A DNA stretch of 64,000 bases from IMG/VR virus record IMGVR_UViG_3300031414_000007, positions 64,001 to 128,000 of that record. One strand, written 5' to 3'. The notes below the pieces were generated by a model. It had not been told where the DNA came from and searched no databases. It saw nothing but the letters and a program-made list of their open reading frames with translations. The DNA comes from a virus (lineage: Duplodnaviria > Caudoviricetes). Shown one piece after another: positions 28,510 through 37,816 of the stretch (its first letter is position 1; every line of letters begins with the position of its first letter). The translations under genes were made by a program, and so were the position numbers.

Positions 28510-29770
28510 AGAAACGAAAACGGGCAACCCGAAGGCCGCCCGTTTTCTTTGCTTGGATTTGTGTCGCTTAACTCCCTCACACCCGAAGCGAGTGCTCGGT
28601 AGCCGAAGCCACTAAGCCGGAGTTAATGGCCGAGAGTGAAGCCGCACGGCGCGGCAACAGCATGTGACTCTCGGGACCAGATAGCAAGCGACCAAGCATC
28701 GCAATTGCTATCAACGACACGAAGAACAAAATCATGTTTGCTCCTGTGTCTCTACTGTAAGGTAAAACATTTGCAAATGTCGATCAAGTTACTTCAAGTT
28801 GCCCTTCGCCCAACTTCACTAGGGTTTCAACTCTCTTTCTCTCGTTACCGCCTGGGTTGCGGAGACCGCGCACAAGAACAACGCTTCAACGATACGTGGG
28901 CAGGAAGACACGTACCGTATTCACATCGCTCAAGCGAAGGAGGTTACCCATCGGTGATCTGCGGTGGTTAATACACTCTTTAACAATCGCTCTTGTTGTG
29001 CATTAGATCGTGGTAGGAACGCGATTGACCGCTAACAAGTCCTATACGATATTTCACTACCCGAGAATGGGTATCAGCTATGGCAGCACGTCAACAGCAG
29101 CGGGGCAGCGGACACACTCCATTAAGCATTGTTAAGGGCAATGCTCAACAGGCTGTGAACAGCTTTGACCAAATGCAGAGTCGCTCGTCGCCCGACTTCA
29201 CTTGAGTATCTCGTCTGCACTCTTTTACTCCCTGAATACCGTACAAGGAAGACGGCACCCATGAGGGTCTGCGGATGTTTATCACATTAAGACTCTAGCC
29301 AACTTAATCCCGTACGCAGTGTGTTGAGTCGTCCGCTGGATGACACACTACATACCCCCTCACGTTCGTGCATAAGTGGGATATAGCTGGTGGAAGGTTG
29401 TCATGAAGATTGCATCGCCTGGAGGCCTGCCGTTCTTCCCAATGCACACACGGTGAAAGGCATATGTGCATCAGGCAGCGTAGCTGCAAACTGCTATCCC
29501 GATAAGAGGGGCCACAACGTTGAGAGTACGTTCCGCCTGTCTTACGCGCCTAGAGGCAACTGCCGTGCCATGTCTGAAAAGAATGAAAAACGCTGGGCCT
29601 TGTGAGCGTCAGCAGCAGAGCAGCAGTCTATCGCGTGGGTGCTGGGGTTAATCCTCACGATTACAGAGCATCACACTCTAACCAGCTGGAGGCTTGCCTA
29701 CTGTGGAACGCAGCGACAAGTTTACAGTCAAACAACGTCCGCTAAGTACGCCATCTGACTGGGACAAGTT
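28510..29770 (-). ncRNA. Candidate large structured non-coding RNA (~1.25 kb), family unassigned
   Basis: The only long ORF-free gap in the window. Seven 9-13 bp helices carry 14 G-U pairs that all fit the minus strand; two internal cUUCGg hairpins; multiway junction near the 3' end; ends in a terminator. Confidence 0.7.
28516..28547 (-). terminator. Rho-independent terminator with cUUCGg loop
   Basis: Minus strand GAAAACGGGCGGCC-TTCG-GGTTGCCCGTTTTC then GTTTC; two G-U pairs fix the strand. Confidence 0.85.
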
Positions 29771-29803
29771 GATATTACTATCTGCAATTTTTATTTACAG
29801 ATT

Positions 29804-31567
29804 TTAGAACGCCTTACGCTCAATATTTGAATAAAGAGTATCGTAAGGTTCTGAGTACAGTTCAGGTCCGCGTTGTGCGCGAATCGTCACGTAGCCTGTG
29901 TGACGGTTGAACGCTGTGATTTCGACAGTCGGCTGTTTAGGCTTGATAGTCGCATAAATCGGAGCATTCAACGTTGGCTCGTCTGTCTGAATCTTATTTA
30001 CAGATTGCAGTGCAGCGCCAGAGATAGCAGGCAGATTAAAACGCAGTTCAGCACGTTTCTGGCCGAATGCCGCGCGAATCATACCGTTCTCCAACTCTAC
30101 ACCGTTCTGCTTGAGATATGCAGCGATGCGACGTCCGATACCAGTAAGCTGATCGCGAGTGCGCGGGTCAAACGTGCCTTCGAAGCTGATTGCTTCTGCT
30201 GGCTGACGTACAGACAAGTGCAGGCCCGTGTTGAAATAGCCTTCGGTAAGCAGACGCAGGATTTCTTTCACGACCTCTTTGGTGTTCGTCTTGATAGCAG
30301 CGATACGCAGCTCAGGAACGTCCACTTTAATCGGGTCACGAAGCTCGGTCTGGTTGTCCATATAGCCGAGTGAGATATGCTTCGCATTGGCATACGTGTG
30401 TTGCAGCACACCAGTCGCGCGAATCAATACAGAGCCACCTTTTGCGAGGTCATAAAGTTCATCGCTGGTGGTTGTGCTGAACAGGTAATAGTCCGTAGGT
30501 ACGGCCATGCGATTAACAGCTTCAATCGCTTTGGTCTGAGCTTCTTTGACAGTTGAGCCAAAGACTACGCGACTACGATTCGGCTGGGCAGCAGATACAG
30601 GGAAAAACGCACCATAGACAACGCTAACGTTTTTCTTAATCGGACGCTCAGACTGAATCTTCTTACCGCCAGGCAGAGACGGTAGCTTAACGCCCACCAG
30701 CTTACCTTTGACGATAGCTTTGTTCTCTTTTACCGGCTTGAGGCTGTCAATGAGTTTCGCCAGATCAGCACCGCTAAGAATCTTCTCCAGCGGAACAGCG
30801 AGGTTCTGCGGCAGATAGTGTTTCTTGCGGAACATATAGATAACGGTGTCTTTCTTGATCTGCACTGGCGTAGCCATGTTGCGACCAACAACACCGACCG
30901 GCTGGAACGTGTTTGCTTTGTCATCACCGATAGAGCCGAACTGCTTAGTGAACTCAGTCTGGCCGATGATGTTAGCAGCACGTAAATGGCCACGAATGAT
31001 GAACACGATTTTCGGGTCATCTTTCATGCGCAACTCGTAGCGGTCACGGTTCAGATAAACCATGCTGTACTTGTCGCCTTTCTCCAGCTCCAGATCGTAC
31101 TCGTCGTTAGCGTCATCAACAACGACTTTCTTACCTACGTAGGTACCGTAAGTGCGCGGGCCAGCAGACTCAGAAGCAATCTGCAATGCTTTGCCACTGT
31201 TAGACAGAGAGGCAGCGAAGTCCATAACAGCGGGCATCAGGTCTAAAGACGATGCTACAGCGTATGGCTTGCGCTTCTCACCAAGATGCAAATGAACAGC
31301 GCTACTGCTGGACATGAATACGGTTGTGCCTACATCTTCGTGTGTACCAGCGAAGTGCATACCGCTAATACGTTCGATGATGTTTGCGTTGAGCGATTGG
31401 AAGTTTACTTCGCTGCCTGCGGTGAAGTCATAAATTTCACCGTTACGCCACGCATAGGCAACGTTGTTTGAGCTTAGACCCACGAACGCATCACCCAACT
31501 GACGCACGGTCAATGGCATGATGCTCAGGTCACGAATAATCGAGGACTGCTTTTGAATGAGGTTCAT
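29804..31567 (-). CDS. Hypothetical protein, probable internal head protein (587 aa)
   Basis: Long ORF; several S-x-S motifs in the N-terminal 140 aa; carries the shared YxG...GD...Y.L...DDP domain. Confidence 0.7.
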   Translation of the reverse strand: MNLIQKQSSIIRDLSIMPLTVRQLGDAFVGLSSNNVAYAWRNGEIYDFTAGSEVNFQSLNANIIERISGMHFAGTHEDVGTTVFMSSSSAVHLHLGEKRKPYAVASSLDLMPAVMDFAASLSNSGKALQIASESAGPRTYGTYVGKKVVVDDANDEYDLELEKGDKYSMVYLNRDRYELRMKDDPKIVFIIRGHLRAANIIGQTEFTKQFGSIGDDKANTFQPVGVVGRNMATPVQIKKDTVIYMFRKKHYLPQNLAVPLEKILSGADLAKLIDSLKPVKENKAIVKGKLVGVKLPSLPGGKKIQSERPIKKNVSVVYGAFFPVSAAQPNRSRVVFGSTVKEAQTKAIEAVNRMAVPTDYYLFSTTTSDELYDLAKGGSVLIRATGVLQHTYANAKHISLGYMDNQTELRDPIKVDVPELRIAAIKTNTKEVVKEILRLLTEGYFNTGLHLSVRQPAEAISFEGTFDPRTRDQLTGIGRRIAAYLKQNGVELENGMIRAAFGQKRAELRFNLPAISGAALQSVNKIQTDEPTLNAPIYATIKPKQPTVEITAFNRHTGYVTIRAQRGPELYSEPYDTLYSNIERKAF

Positions 31568-31575
31568 ATAAATCC

Positions 31576-32010
31576 CTAATACGAAACAATGCGGAAGGCG
31601 TTCTGCTTGAGCAGGTTGAGATTACCCAGCATCAGGCTATACGCAAGAGTACCGTGCTGTTCAATCAGACTGTCAGGTACAATTGACCCGAAGTAAAGAG
31701 CTTTGTCTGGCCGAACATTAATCTCTTCGCCTGTAGACTTCATTGCGTCAGGGACAACGAAGCACCACGGTTCAGCAACGTACTTACCTTTGACGTACTG
31801 AATCCTATAACCAACAGCCATGTGCTGGTCTTTGGTAGGACGGTACGCGAAAACATCCGTGTTCTGCTTACGCGATTTGCGGACCGAGAACAGAGCCATA
31901 GTGAGGAAGCGCTGTTCGAACTGCGGTATAAACGCGTTGTCTTCGCAAATCTTTTTTAGTACCGCCTCTTGTCGTGCGCGAGGCATCGACGCGTAGAGGT
32001 TTAAATTCAT
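31576..32010 (-). CDS. Hypothetical protein (144 aa)
   Basis: ORF with ATGA coupling to the upstream gene; no recognised motif. Confidence 0.65.
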   Translation of the reverse strand: MNLNLYASMPRARQEAVLKKICEDNAFIPQFEQRFLTMALFSVRKSRKQNTDVFAYRPTKDQHMAVGYRIQYVKGKYVAEPWCFVVPDAMKSTGEEINVRPDKALYFGSIVPDSLIEQHGTLAYSLMLGNLNLLKQNAFRIVSY

Positions 32011-32621
32011 GACAGCTTGGCGAGAATTTGACGAACAACATCAGACACCGAATTAACCTCAGTGTCGATAATCAAATCGAAACCACCAGGTACTTCGAGG
32101 TAGCGTTGGTTGTATTGCTCATACACTTCTTTGGTCTGACGCTTCTCAATACGGTCTTCACCGCCAATGCGAATCTTCCGACGTTCGATAGAAGTTTCAT
32201 AGCTACACGTCAGCAGCACGGTCAGGCGGTTCTCAGGAGCAAGTGCTTCCCAAGTATGCTGATAGATATGCGCATTAATGTCGGACTCACCCGCCTGATA
32301 AACGTAGGTTGATGGGTACCCGCGATCGGCAATAATGATCGTGTTTGGTTGATTGTCGAGGATGCGCTCATACGCAGTCATCGTTGAGGAGCGCGCGGCA
32401 AGGAACAGGAGCAGTTCAGTACGTGGGTCCATGTCCTCATTAAGAGGATTTGAATTGGATAGCAGAACATCACGAATGTGTTCAGCTAACGGCGTACCGC
32501 CCGGCTCACGTAAGCGCAAAGTATTAATGCCACGCTGCGTCAGTATTTCAGAAAGAGCAGTACATACGGTAGACTTACCACCGCCTTCGCCGCCTTCGAT
32601 TAAAACATAGGTTGGTTTCAT
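32007..32621 (-). CDS. tmk: Thymidylate (dTMP) kinase
   Basis: P-loop IEGGEGGGKST, REPGGT, ELLLFLAAR, IIADR.YPSTYVYQ; start moved to ATG 32621 (AAGGA RBS). Confidence 0.92.
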   Translation of the reverse strand: MKPTYVLIEGGEGGGKSTVCTALSEILTQRGINTLRLREPGGTPLAEHIRDVLLSNSNPLNEDMDPRTELLLFLAARSSTMTAYERILDNQPNTIIIADRGYPSTYVYQAGESDINAHIYQHTWEALAPENRLTVLLTCSYETSIERRKIRIGGEDRIEKRQTKEVYEQYNQRYLEVPGGFDLIIDTEVNSVSDVVRQILAKLS

Positions 32622-32632
32622 AATGCGATTCC

Positions 32633-33124
32633 TTAGGCAAATCGCCCACCACGCCATGCGGCCTTAATGAGCAACTTCGCCACGATTTCGTTCTTCATTG
32701 TCTTTCGCTTGGCATTGCTTCTGACAAATGCAGAGCCGAACTTATTCACGACAATCAAACCGCAACCAAGGTCCTTGATACGGCCAATGATTTTATCGCC
32801 ATGAGATTCAAACAGCCGTTCATCAATGATGAAGTACATACGCATACAGAAAGGCAAATACTTGTGCCACTTCTTATCGGTATTGAAGTCAGCCCAGCAA
32901 CTCTTTACCTCAGTGATAATCATATCGCATTTGGTATTCAGGCAGAACACGTCAGCCCTTAAGTTACCGTGCTTAATCAGCCCAAGTTCAACGTGGCATG
33001 AATAGCGTTTGTCAATCCAGTAGCGTTGTGCAGCTTCGGTAAGAAAGGCCGTCTTATCAGGACGGCTCATTGATTTAAATACAGCGGTCTGAATGGGTTC
33101 AGCTTTGCGCCGCTTATAGGCCAT
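32633..33124 (-). CDS. MmcB-like PD-(D/E)xK endonuclease
   Basis: RADVFCL...IITEVKSCWADFNTDKKWHKYLPFCMRMYF matches the MmcB family pattern. Confidence 0.75.
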   Translation of the reverse strand: MAYKRRKAEPIQTAVFKSMSRPDKTAFLTEAAQRYWIDKRYSCHVELGLIKHGNLRADVFCLNTKCDMIITEVKSCWADFNTDKKWHKYLPFCMRMYFIIDERLFESHGDKIIGRIKDLGCGLIVVNKFGSAFVRSNAKRKTMKNEIVAKLLIKAAWRGGRFA

Positions 33125-33572
33125 ACGAGTCGATAATGTCCAGGGCTTGCTCTACGATAGGACGAAGTTTCTTATCCAATTTACGCAGAGCCTTATCCGC
33201 TTTGAACCATTTGCGTTCACGCGTCAAGGCTTCGTCGTACTCGGTCAGCATAGTCTTGACCTTCATGACGTACCATTCAACGTGTTGCTCACGGCCGGTC
33301 TTGCCTTTGACGTAGCGCATAATGTCTACGAAGTCTTTTGGCTTACCGAGGACACCAGCTTCTTCCATGGCCTCTTTCAGAGCACTGTCCAGTGGAGTCA
33401 TTCCCTTCTCCACCCCGCCTTTCGGCAGACCCCAGTTACCAGCGTGAGTGGTACGAATCAACAACAGCTCAATCGTACCATCACTTCTTTTTCTGTATGG
33501 AATAACGCCCGACTGTTTGCGAGGTTTCTTCTCGCTTGGCAGTTTAGCAGACAATGATACGTTGATCATCAT
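33114..33572 (-). CDS. NUDIX hydrolase
   Basis: Nudix box GGVEKGMTPLDSALKEAMEEAG, preceded by WGLPK; Ap4A/Ap6A-hydrolase-like. Confidence 0.9.
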   Translation of the reverse strand: MMINVSLSAKLPSEKKPRKQSGVIPYRKRSDGTIELLLIRTTHAGNWGLPKGGVEKGMTPLDSALKEAMEEAGVLGKPKDFVDIMRYVKGKTGREQHVEWYVMKVKTMLTEYDEALTRERKWFKADKALRKLDKKLRPIVEQALDIIDSYGL

Positions 33573-34072
33573 AATGAATCGAGTCCCCGTGGCAGGTCAA
33601 CATCCCAGCTACCGGCATTGTCTTTCCACAGGCCCTGATCTTGCAACGTTCTGTAGGCATCAAACAGAGTTGCACGGGCTTGCACAGAGACTTCATTTGA
33701 ACCGGCGGCACCTAAACTATAGCTGTACATACAGCCAGGGAAGTATTGTAGACGGCAGGACTCAAACGTGTCAAACACAATTTGGCCCTCTGCGTCAGCT
33801 ACAACGCAGTGCGATGCCATACCACCTTGACCCAGAACAACGATCTGATAGTCAGGATGTTTGTTGTAGACTCGCTGAATAAACTCGGCTGCTTCTGCAA
33901 ACGGTCGGGCTACTTGCGCAGCACGGTGACAGTTCTGTTCTACCGCAGACTCAGAAAGAGAGCGAGCGCCAGTCAGATTCATAGCCGAGGCAAAGATAAG
34001 AGTTGTGAGCGCTTCAGGCTCAACAGCAGTGGGGAAAAACTTTGTGCCCCACGCTTGAGATAGCGAAAGCAT
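33569..34072 (-). CDS. Hypothetical protein (167 aa)
   Basis: AAGGAG RBS; first gene after the promoter motif; begins MLSLSQ. Confidence 0.7.
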   Translation of the reverse strand: MLSLSQAWGTKFFPTAVEPEALTTLIFASAMNLTGARSLSESAVEQNCHRAAQVARPFAEAAEFIQRVYNKHPDYQIVVLGQGGMASHCVVADAEGQIVFDTFESCRLQYFPGCMYSYSLGAAGSNEVSVQARATLFDAYRTLQDQGLWKDNAGSWDVDLPRGLDSL

Positions 34073-34101
34073 GGACGTCTCCTTATACGATAGTCTCAGC
34101 T

Positions 34102-34110
34102 AAATTAGCG
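34102..34110 (-). promoter_or_regulatory. Candidate late promoter motif CGCTAATTT
   Basis: Intergenic; 30 nt upstream of the ATG at 34072. Confidence 0.65.
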
Positions 34111-34401
34111 TCAGTCGTGCGGACAGTTAAGCACTTGCTTGCGATTCTGCATAAAATCACGCGGAGCAGGGCCAGAGATTACGACAGCATGTTTAACACG
34201 ATGCTTGGTCGGTTTCTTTGATACATTGCAGCCCGCATGAGACAGCGCATCAAAAGCGTCAGTAGCGGCAGGACCAGAAATAACGAGCATATGAGCAAAG
34301 AAAGGCTTACCAACTTTCTTCATTGTTCTGCCCATCAGTTCGTAGATATGTTGAGCTTCTGCAACAGACGGCACAGCACCACACCAAATATCGAACGTCA
34401 T
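34111..34401 (-). CDS. Hypothetical protein (96 aa)
   Basis: ATGA-coupled to the upstream gene. Confidence 0.55.
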   Translation of the reverse strand: MTFDIWCGAVPSVAEAQHIYELMGRTMKKVGKPFFAHMLVISGPAATDAFDALSHAGCNVSKKPTKHRVKHAVVISGPAPRDFMQNRKQVLNCPHD

Positions 34402-35123
34402 TTAGTGTTCTCCTTAATCAGAAGGACACCATTGAAAATACCGAACTTATCAGTGAAATCGCCGAGGACGTTATAGAGACTGCCGTTATCACCAGGGCTG
34501 CCGTAAGGATCAAAAGTTGCGACGTCGATTTGCAGATGTGATGAACTGACGGTATCGCGTCCCTTTTCCGCAAGAAAGATGGTATGGTCAGAAAAGCGCT
34601 GCTTATCAGTAATGAACACACCCATGTTATGCCACGTACGGGAAGAGGTTTCCAGCACAAAGACAGACGCTTCGAAAAAGTTGCATCCCAGCTCAGGCTT
34701 GATCTCTTCGATGTAGTGTGCATCTTCATGATCAGCAACAACAACGTCCACCGTAATGTAATCAATCGCATCACGGCGGTTTCGCAGCCAGATTTGCATA
34801 CAGCGTTCAAAGTAGTCAGCCATCGCACAACAGATGCAACTAAAGTTGGTCGGGTTTTTCTTGGCGCGCGGTATGGCTGTAATGCTGCGTTCATCAAATT
34901 TCCAGCTAATGTGATCGGTAACAAGAGTACCGCCCTGCATCTCAACGTCTTCGTCGTTAATGAAGAAGATTTTGGTGCGTTGCATAGCGATGTTGGACAT
35001 GACGTGAAGTGCGCTGCCCTGCAGGCCCAACGGGTGCTGAATCATAACACGAGCAGTAACGACACGAGGAACTCCGCCGTCCAAATAAGCGAAGTTCATT
35101 ACACGTTGTAACACGGTGCGCAT
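34398..35123 (-). CDS. Hypothetical protein (241 aa)
   Basis: Long ORF with AAGGA RBS, downstream of the spike gene. Confidence 0.65.
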   Translation of the reverse strand: MRTVLQRVMNFAYLDGGVPRVVTARVMIQHPLGLQGSALHVMSNIAMQRTKIFFINDEDVEMQGGTLVTDHISWKFDERSITAIPRAKKNPTNFSCICCAMADYFERCMQIWLRNRRDAIDYITVDVVVADHEDAHYIEEIKPELGCNFFEASVFVLETSSRTWHNMGVFITDKQRFSDHTIFLAEKGRDTVSSSHLQIDVATFDPYGSPGDNGSLYNVLGDFTDKFGIFNGVLLIKENTK

Positions 35124-35133
35124 AATGCGTCCT

Positions 35134-35922
35134 TTAGTTCAGGTTGATTGTCTGTCCATTTACAGATACATCTTGACCTGCTTCAATGCTAACAGCACCT
35201 TTCACATCAAGCACGTCATCGCCTTTAACAGTGACCTTGCGGCTACCGCCAATCTCAACAGTCTGGTTGCCTGTAATCTTGGTGTACTGATTACCACCAT
35301 CACCCTTCGCAGTACCTTTAAACTTGATACGCTTCTTGGGGTCAGGCTTGAGATTCTTAGGCGTCATTGTTGGGTCATTCAGAATGTAGTCCGGAATATC
35401 ATTCTTCGTGCCTGTGATGATAAGCTGTTGGTTGCCAACAATCGTTTGGTTAACGTCGCCCATAATCGTCATGTGAAAATCACCAGACGTCACGAGGAAG
35501 TGTTCGTTGGTCATACGATCAATGATAAGCTGGGTACCGGTGGACAGACGAATACCCATGCGATGTGGATAGTTCACCTGAAACTCAGGCAACATGTCGG
35601 CTTGCGTCATGCGCACGTCAGTAGTATAGATACCTTCATGCAACTGACCAGTAGGAAATTTAACGCCGACCTTACCTCCGCGAGTAGGAATGAACTGAGC
35701 GCCAAATACAACACCTTGACTCCCACCTTTGAGTCCTTCCAGATGACCAACAGCCGGGCGAATCCACGGAATAGACTCGTCAGGAATATCATCAGTCAGA
35801 CCCATAATACGCGCACGAATCTGGCAGATTTTCTGAGGGTCGTTATTGTCGATAACGATAGCCTCATACACCATCTGCGGGTCGATGCCTTTCTTTGAGT
35901 TAACTGTATTGAGTGGAATCAT
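35134..35922 (-). CDS. Baseplate central spike (gp5/gpV-like)
   Basis: OB-fold motif VIDNNDPQKICQIRARI...PWI, P..GGKVGV.F..G, then beta-helix repeats (VNQTIVGNQQLII, GNQTVEIGG). Confidence 0.85.
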   Translation of the reverse strand: MIPLNTVNSKKGIDPQMVYEAIVIDNNDPQKICQIRARIMGLTDDIPDESIPWIRPAVGHLEGLKGGSQGVVFGAQFIPTRGGKVGVKFPTGQLHEGIYTTDVRMTQADMLPEFQVNYPHRMGIRLSTGTQLIIDRMTNEHFLVTSGDFHMTIMGDVNQTIVGNQQLIITGTKNDIPDYILNDPTMTPKNLKPDPKKRIKFKGTAKGDGGNQYTKITGNQTVEIGGSRKVTVKGDDVLDVKGAVSIEAGQDVSVNGQTINLN

Positions 35923-37814
35923 TTGTTCACCCGTGGTAAATACATTTCAAGTTTCTCACCGTCAGGCGTACCATTCTTACCAGAGCCATCAACAGTACCG
36001 TCGCCTAGAGAACACAGGAAGTTACGCAGGTTCTCTTCCTGTTGACGAATGAGTTGTGCAAGGTTGGTGCTTGGTCCAAGCAGCTTGCTAATAGAGAACG
36101 CGTCGAGACACTTATCAGGCAGAGCGTCATCGAGCATACGGTTCATGTCCTCCAGTCTGTTACTGACACAGCGCTGGTTGATCTGAGGACCGTCGAGATA
36201 CTCAGCAGGAATATCACCGTTAGCTATCAGGCCGTTCACGTCATTAGTGAAACCACCGAGCATGTTTTCCATGCTATCAATACGCGAGGCAAGCGCACCA
36301 AGTATGCTGCCTTTGTAGTTGATTGCCAGATTGACACTCAGCTTCTCCAGACTGTTCAGAGCGTTACAGATGCCAGTAAGATACTTGGCCATGTTGAACT
36401 CTTGCATCAGGCTATTCAGATAGTCAGCGCCTTCGCCATACTTCGCCGCCAGCTCAGGGAACTTGAACATCTCACTATCAGTCTGGAACTGGTCGAGCAT
36501 AACGTCAAGCTGTAGGCTATGTGTCTGCGCTAGCCAGTCGATAGGGTTCGAGCCATCGAGCGCCTGTTTGATGTTCGAGTTGATCTGGAATGGACGCAGA
36601 ATATTCGCAACAGTGGACAATGGCGTTTGAATGATGTTTGAGCCACCACCAATGTTTGACGTGCCTTCAACAGGAGTAAAGTTGCGACTCAGCAGGAAGG
36701 CTTCACTGTACATGCCACCAACGTAAACGCGTGTACGACCAATCACAAGCCACTTGCCTGACAGCTTAATGTCAGTCTCAACTTCACGCTTACCGTTTAT
36801 CACACCAGCAGATACGTCAACAATATCAAACAGGTCTACCTCAGGGCAGCCGCCAAGAACAAGAGCGCGAGCAGTCTCGGTATACGCCATAGACTGACGT
36901 TTGTTCGAGTAGTATGCCTGCATGTACTTGTCATGGATGTTTATATCGTTGGTGGGCCTGGCATACGCTTTACGTGTCCCAGCAATATCACCACGAACGT
37001 CGCTGTTAATGTTCAGAGGATCGCGGCTCTTAACGGTAACGGTTGCAAGCTCATTCGTCTTGCCACTCGAATCAGTCCACAACAGCTTCTCACCGTAGTT
37101 GGACATACCGTTAAAGATACCACTCATTGACTTCGGACGGAACTCATGCAGATTGTACAGAGGAGATTCGCCAATAGGCTTATGGTTGAACAGCCAGTAC
37201 GCCTTAGGGTCTTCGTCAAAGAGTTTGTTTATGTCACGCACGACCATGCGCTTGTCTGCCGTAATGAACATCTTCGGCAACGCTTCTTCCGAGATCCACA
37301 TATGCTGTTCGATCTCATGCGCAAACTTCTTAGGCGAGCACGTTGCAGATACCCAGTTCATGATATCCGACGTTTGCACATCACCGAAGTCAGGCGTTAA
37401 GCCACCGAACGAGGCAACTTGTTTCAGAGCGTCAATGGAGGTTCCGCGAATGCTAAAGCTACGCGTATCGAAGATGAAGGCGGGAGCGTCGAGAATACAC
37501 AACACGTTAAGCATTGGTGTTCCGCCTTCACCGTACTCCCTGACTGCATAGACAGAGAACGTAAGCGTAGACGCTGACTCCTGATCAGGACCCATCACCA
37601 TTGTTATCTTCGTGCCGTCTACAATCGCGTGAGTGGATCGTAATACGTTCGTCTGGTCAGAGAATATGATCAGAGCGCAGGGCAATGCAAATGTGTTTTC
37701 GTACACATGAACGGAGCGGATAAGGTTAGGCATAGACGGCGGTGCTTTGCCGTCTAACAGAATACCGAAGTAACCTTGATCCTTTACGCCACCAGAAGTA
37801 GCTTGATCAGACAT
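35919..37814 (-). CDS. Baseplate hub protein (gp27/gpD-like, inferred)
   Basis: Position immediately upstream of the spike; SGKWLVIGRTRVY C-terminal hub motif; extra helical C-terminal region. Confidence 0.6.
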   Translation of the reverse strand: MSDQATSGGVKDQGYFGILLDGKAPPSMPNLIRSVHVYENTFALPCALIIFSDQTNVLRSTHAIVDGTKITMVMGPDQESASTLTFSVYAVREYGEGGTPMLNVLCILDAPAFIFDTRSFSIRGTSIDALKQVASFGGLTPDFGDVQTSDIMNWVSATCSPKKFAHEIEQHMWISEEALPKMFITADKRMVVRDINKLFDEDPKAYWLFNHKPIGESPLYNLHEFRPKSMSGIFNGMSNYGEKLLWTDSSGKTNELATVTVKSRDPLNINSDVRGDIAGTRKAYARPTNDINIHDKYMQAYYSNKRQSMAYTETARALVLGGCPEVDLFDIVDVSAGVINGKREVETDIKLSGKWLVIGRTRVYVGGMYSEAFLLSRNFTPVEGTSNIGGGSNIIQTPLSTVANILRPFQINSNIKQALDGSNPIDWLAQTHSLQLDVMLDQFQTDSEMFKFPELAAKYGEGADYLNSLMQEFNMAKYLTGICNALNSLEKLSVNLAINYKGSILGALASRIDSMENMLGGFTNDVNGLIANGDIPAEYLDGPQINQRCVSNRLEDMNRMLDDALPDKCLDAFSISKLLGPSTNLAQLIRQQEENLRNFLCSLGDGTVDGSGKNGTPDGEKLEMYLPRVNK

Positions 37815-37816
37815 GA

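Noticed and set aside
28636-29605. Short ORFs inside the intergenic gap (28636-28971 +, 29304-29489 -, 29390-29605 +)
   Set aside because: No clear RBS, Cys/Arg/Ser-rich random-like composition, non-ATG or weak starts; the RNA-type helices explain the sequence better.
29670-29700. tRNA D-arm-like sequence CTC-CAGCTGGTTA-GAG on the minus strand
   Set aside because: No acceptor stem, anticodon arm or GTTCRA T-loop at the right spacing, so not a tRNA; it may still be a tertiary motif of the larger RNA.
28510-29770. Group I/II intron, tmRNA or RNase P identity for the structured gap
   Set aside because: Flanking genes are complete with their own stop and start; no domain V, P7 R/S pair, tmRNA ends or GAGGAAAGUCC motif was found by eye. 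An Rfam search is still needed.
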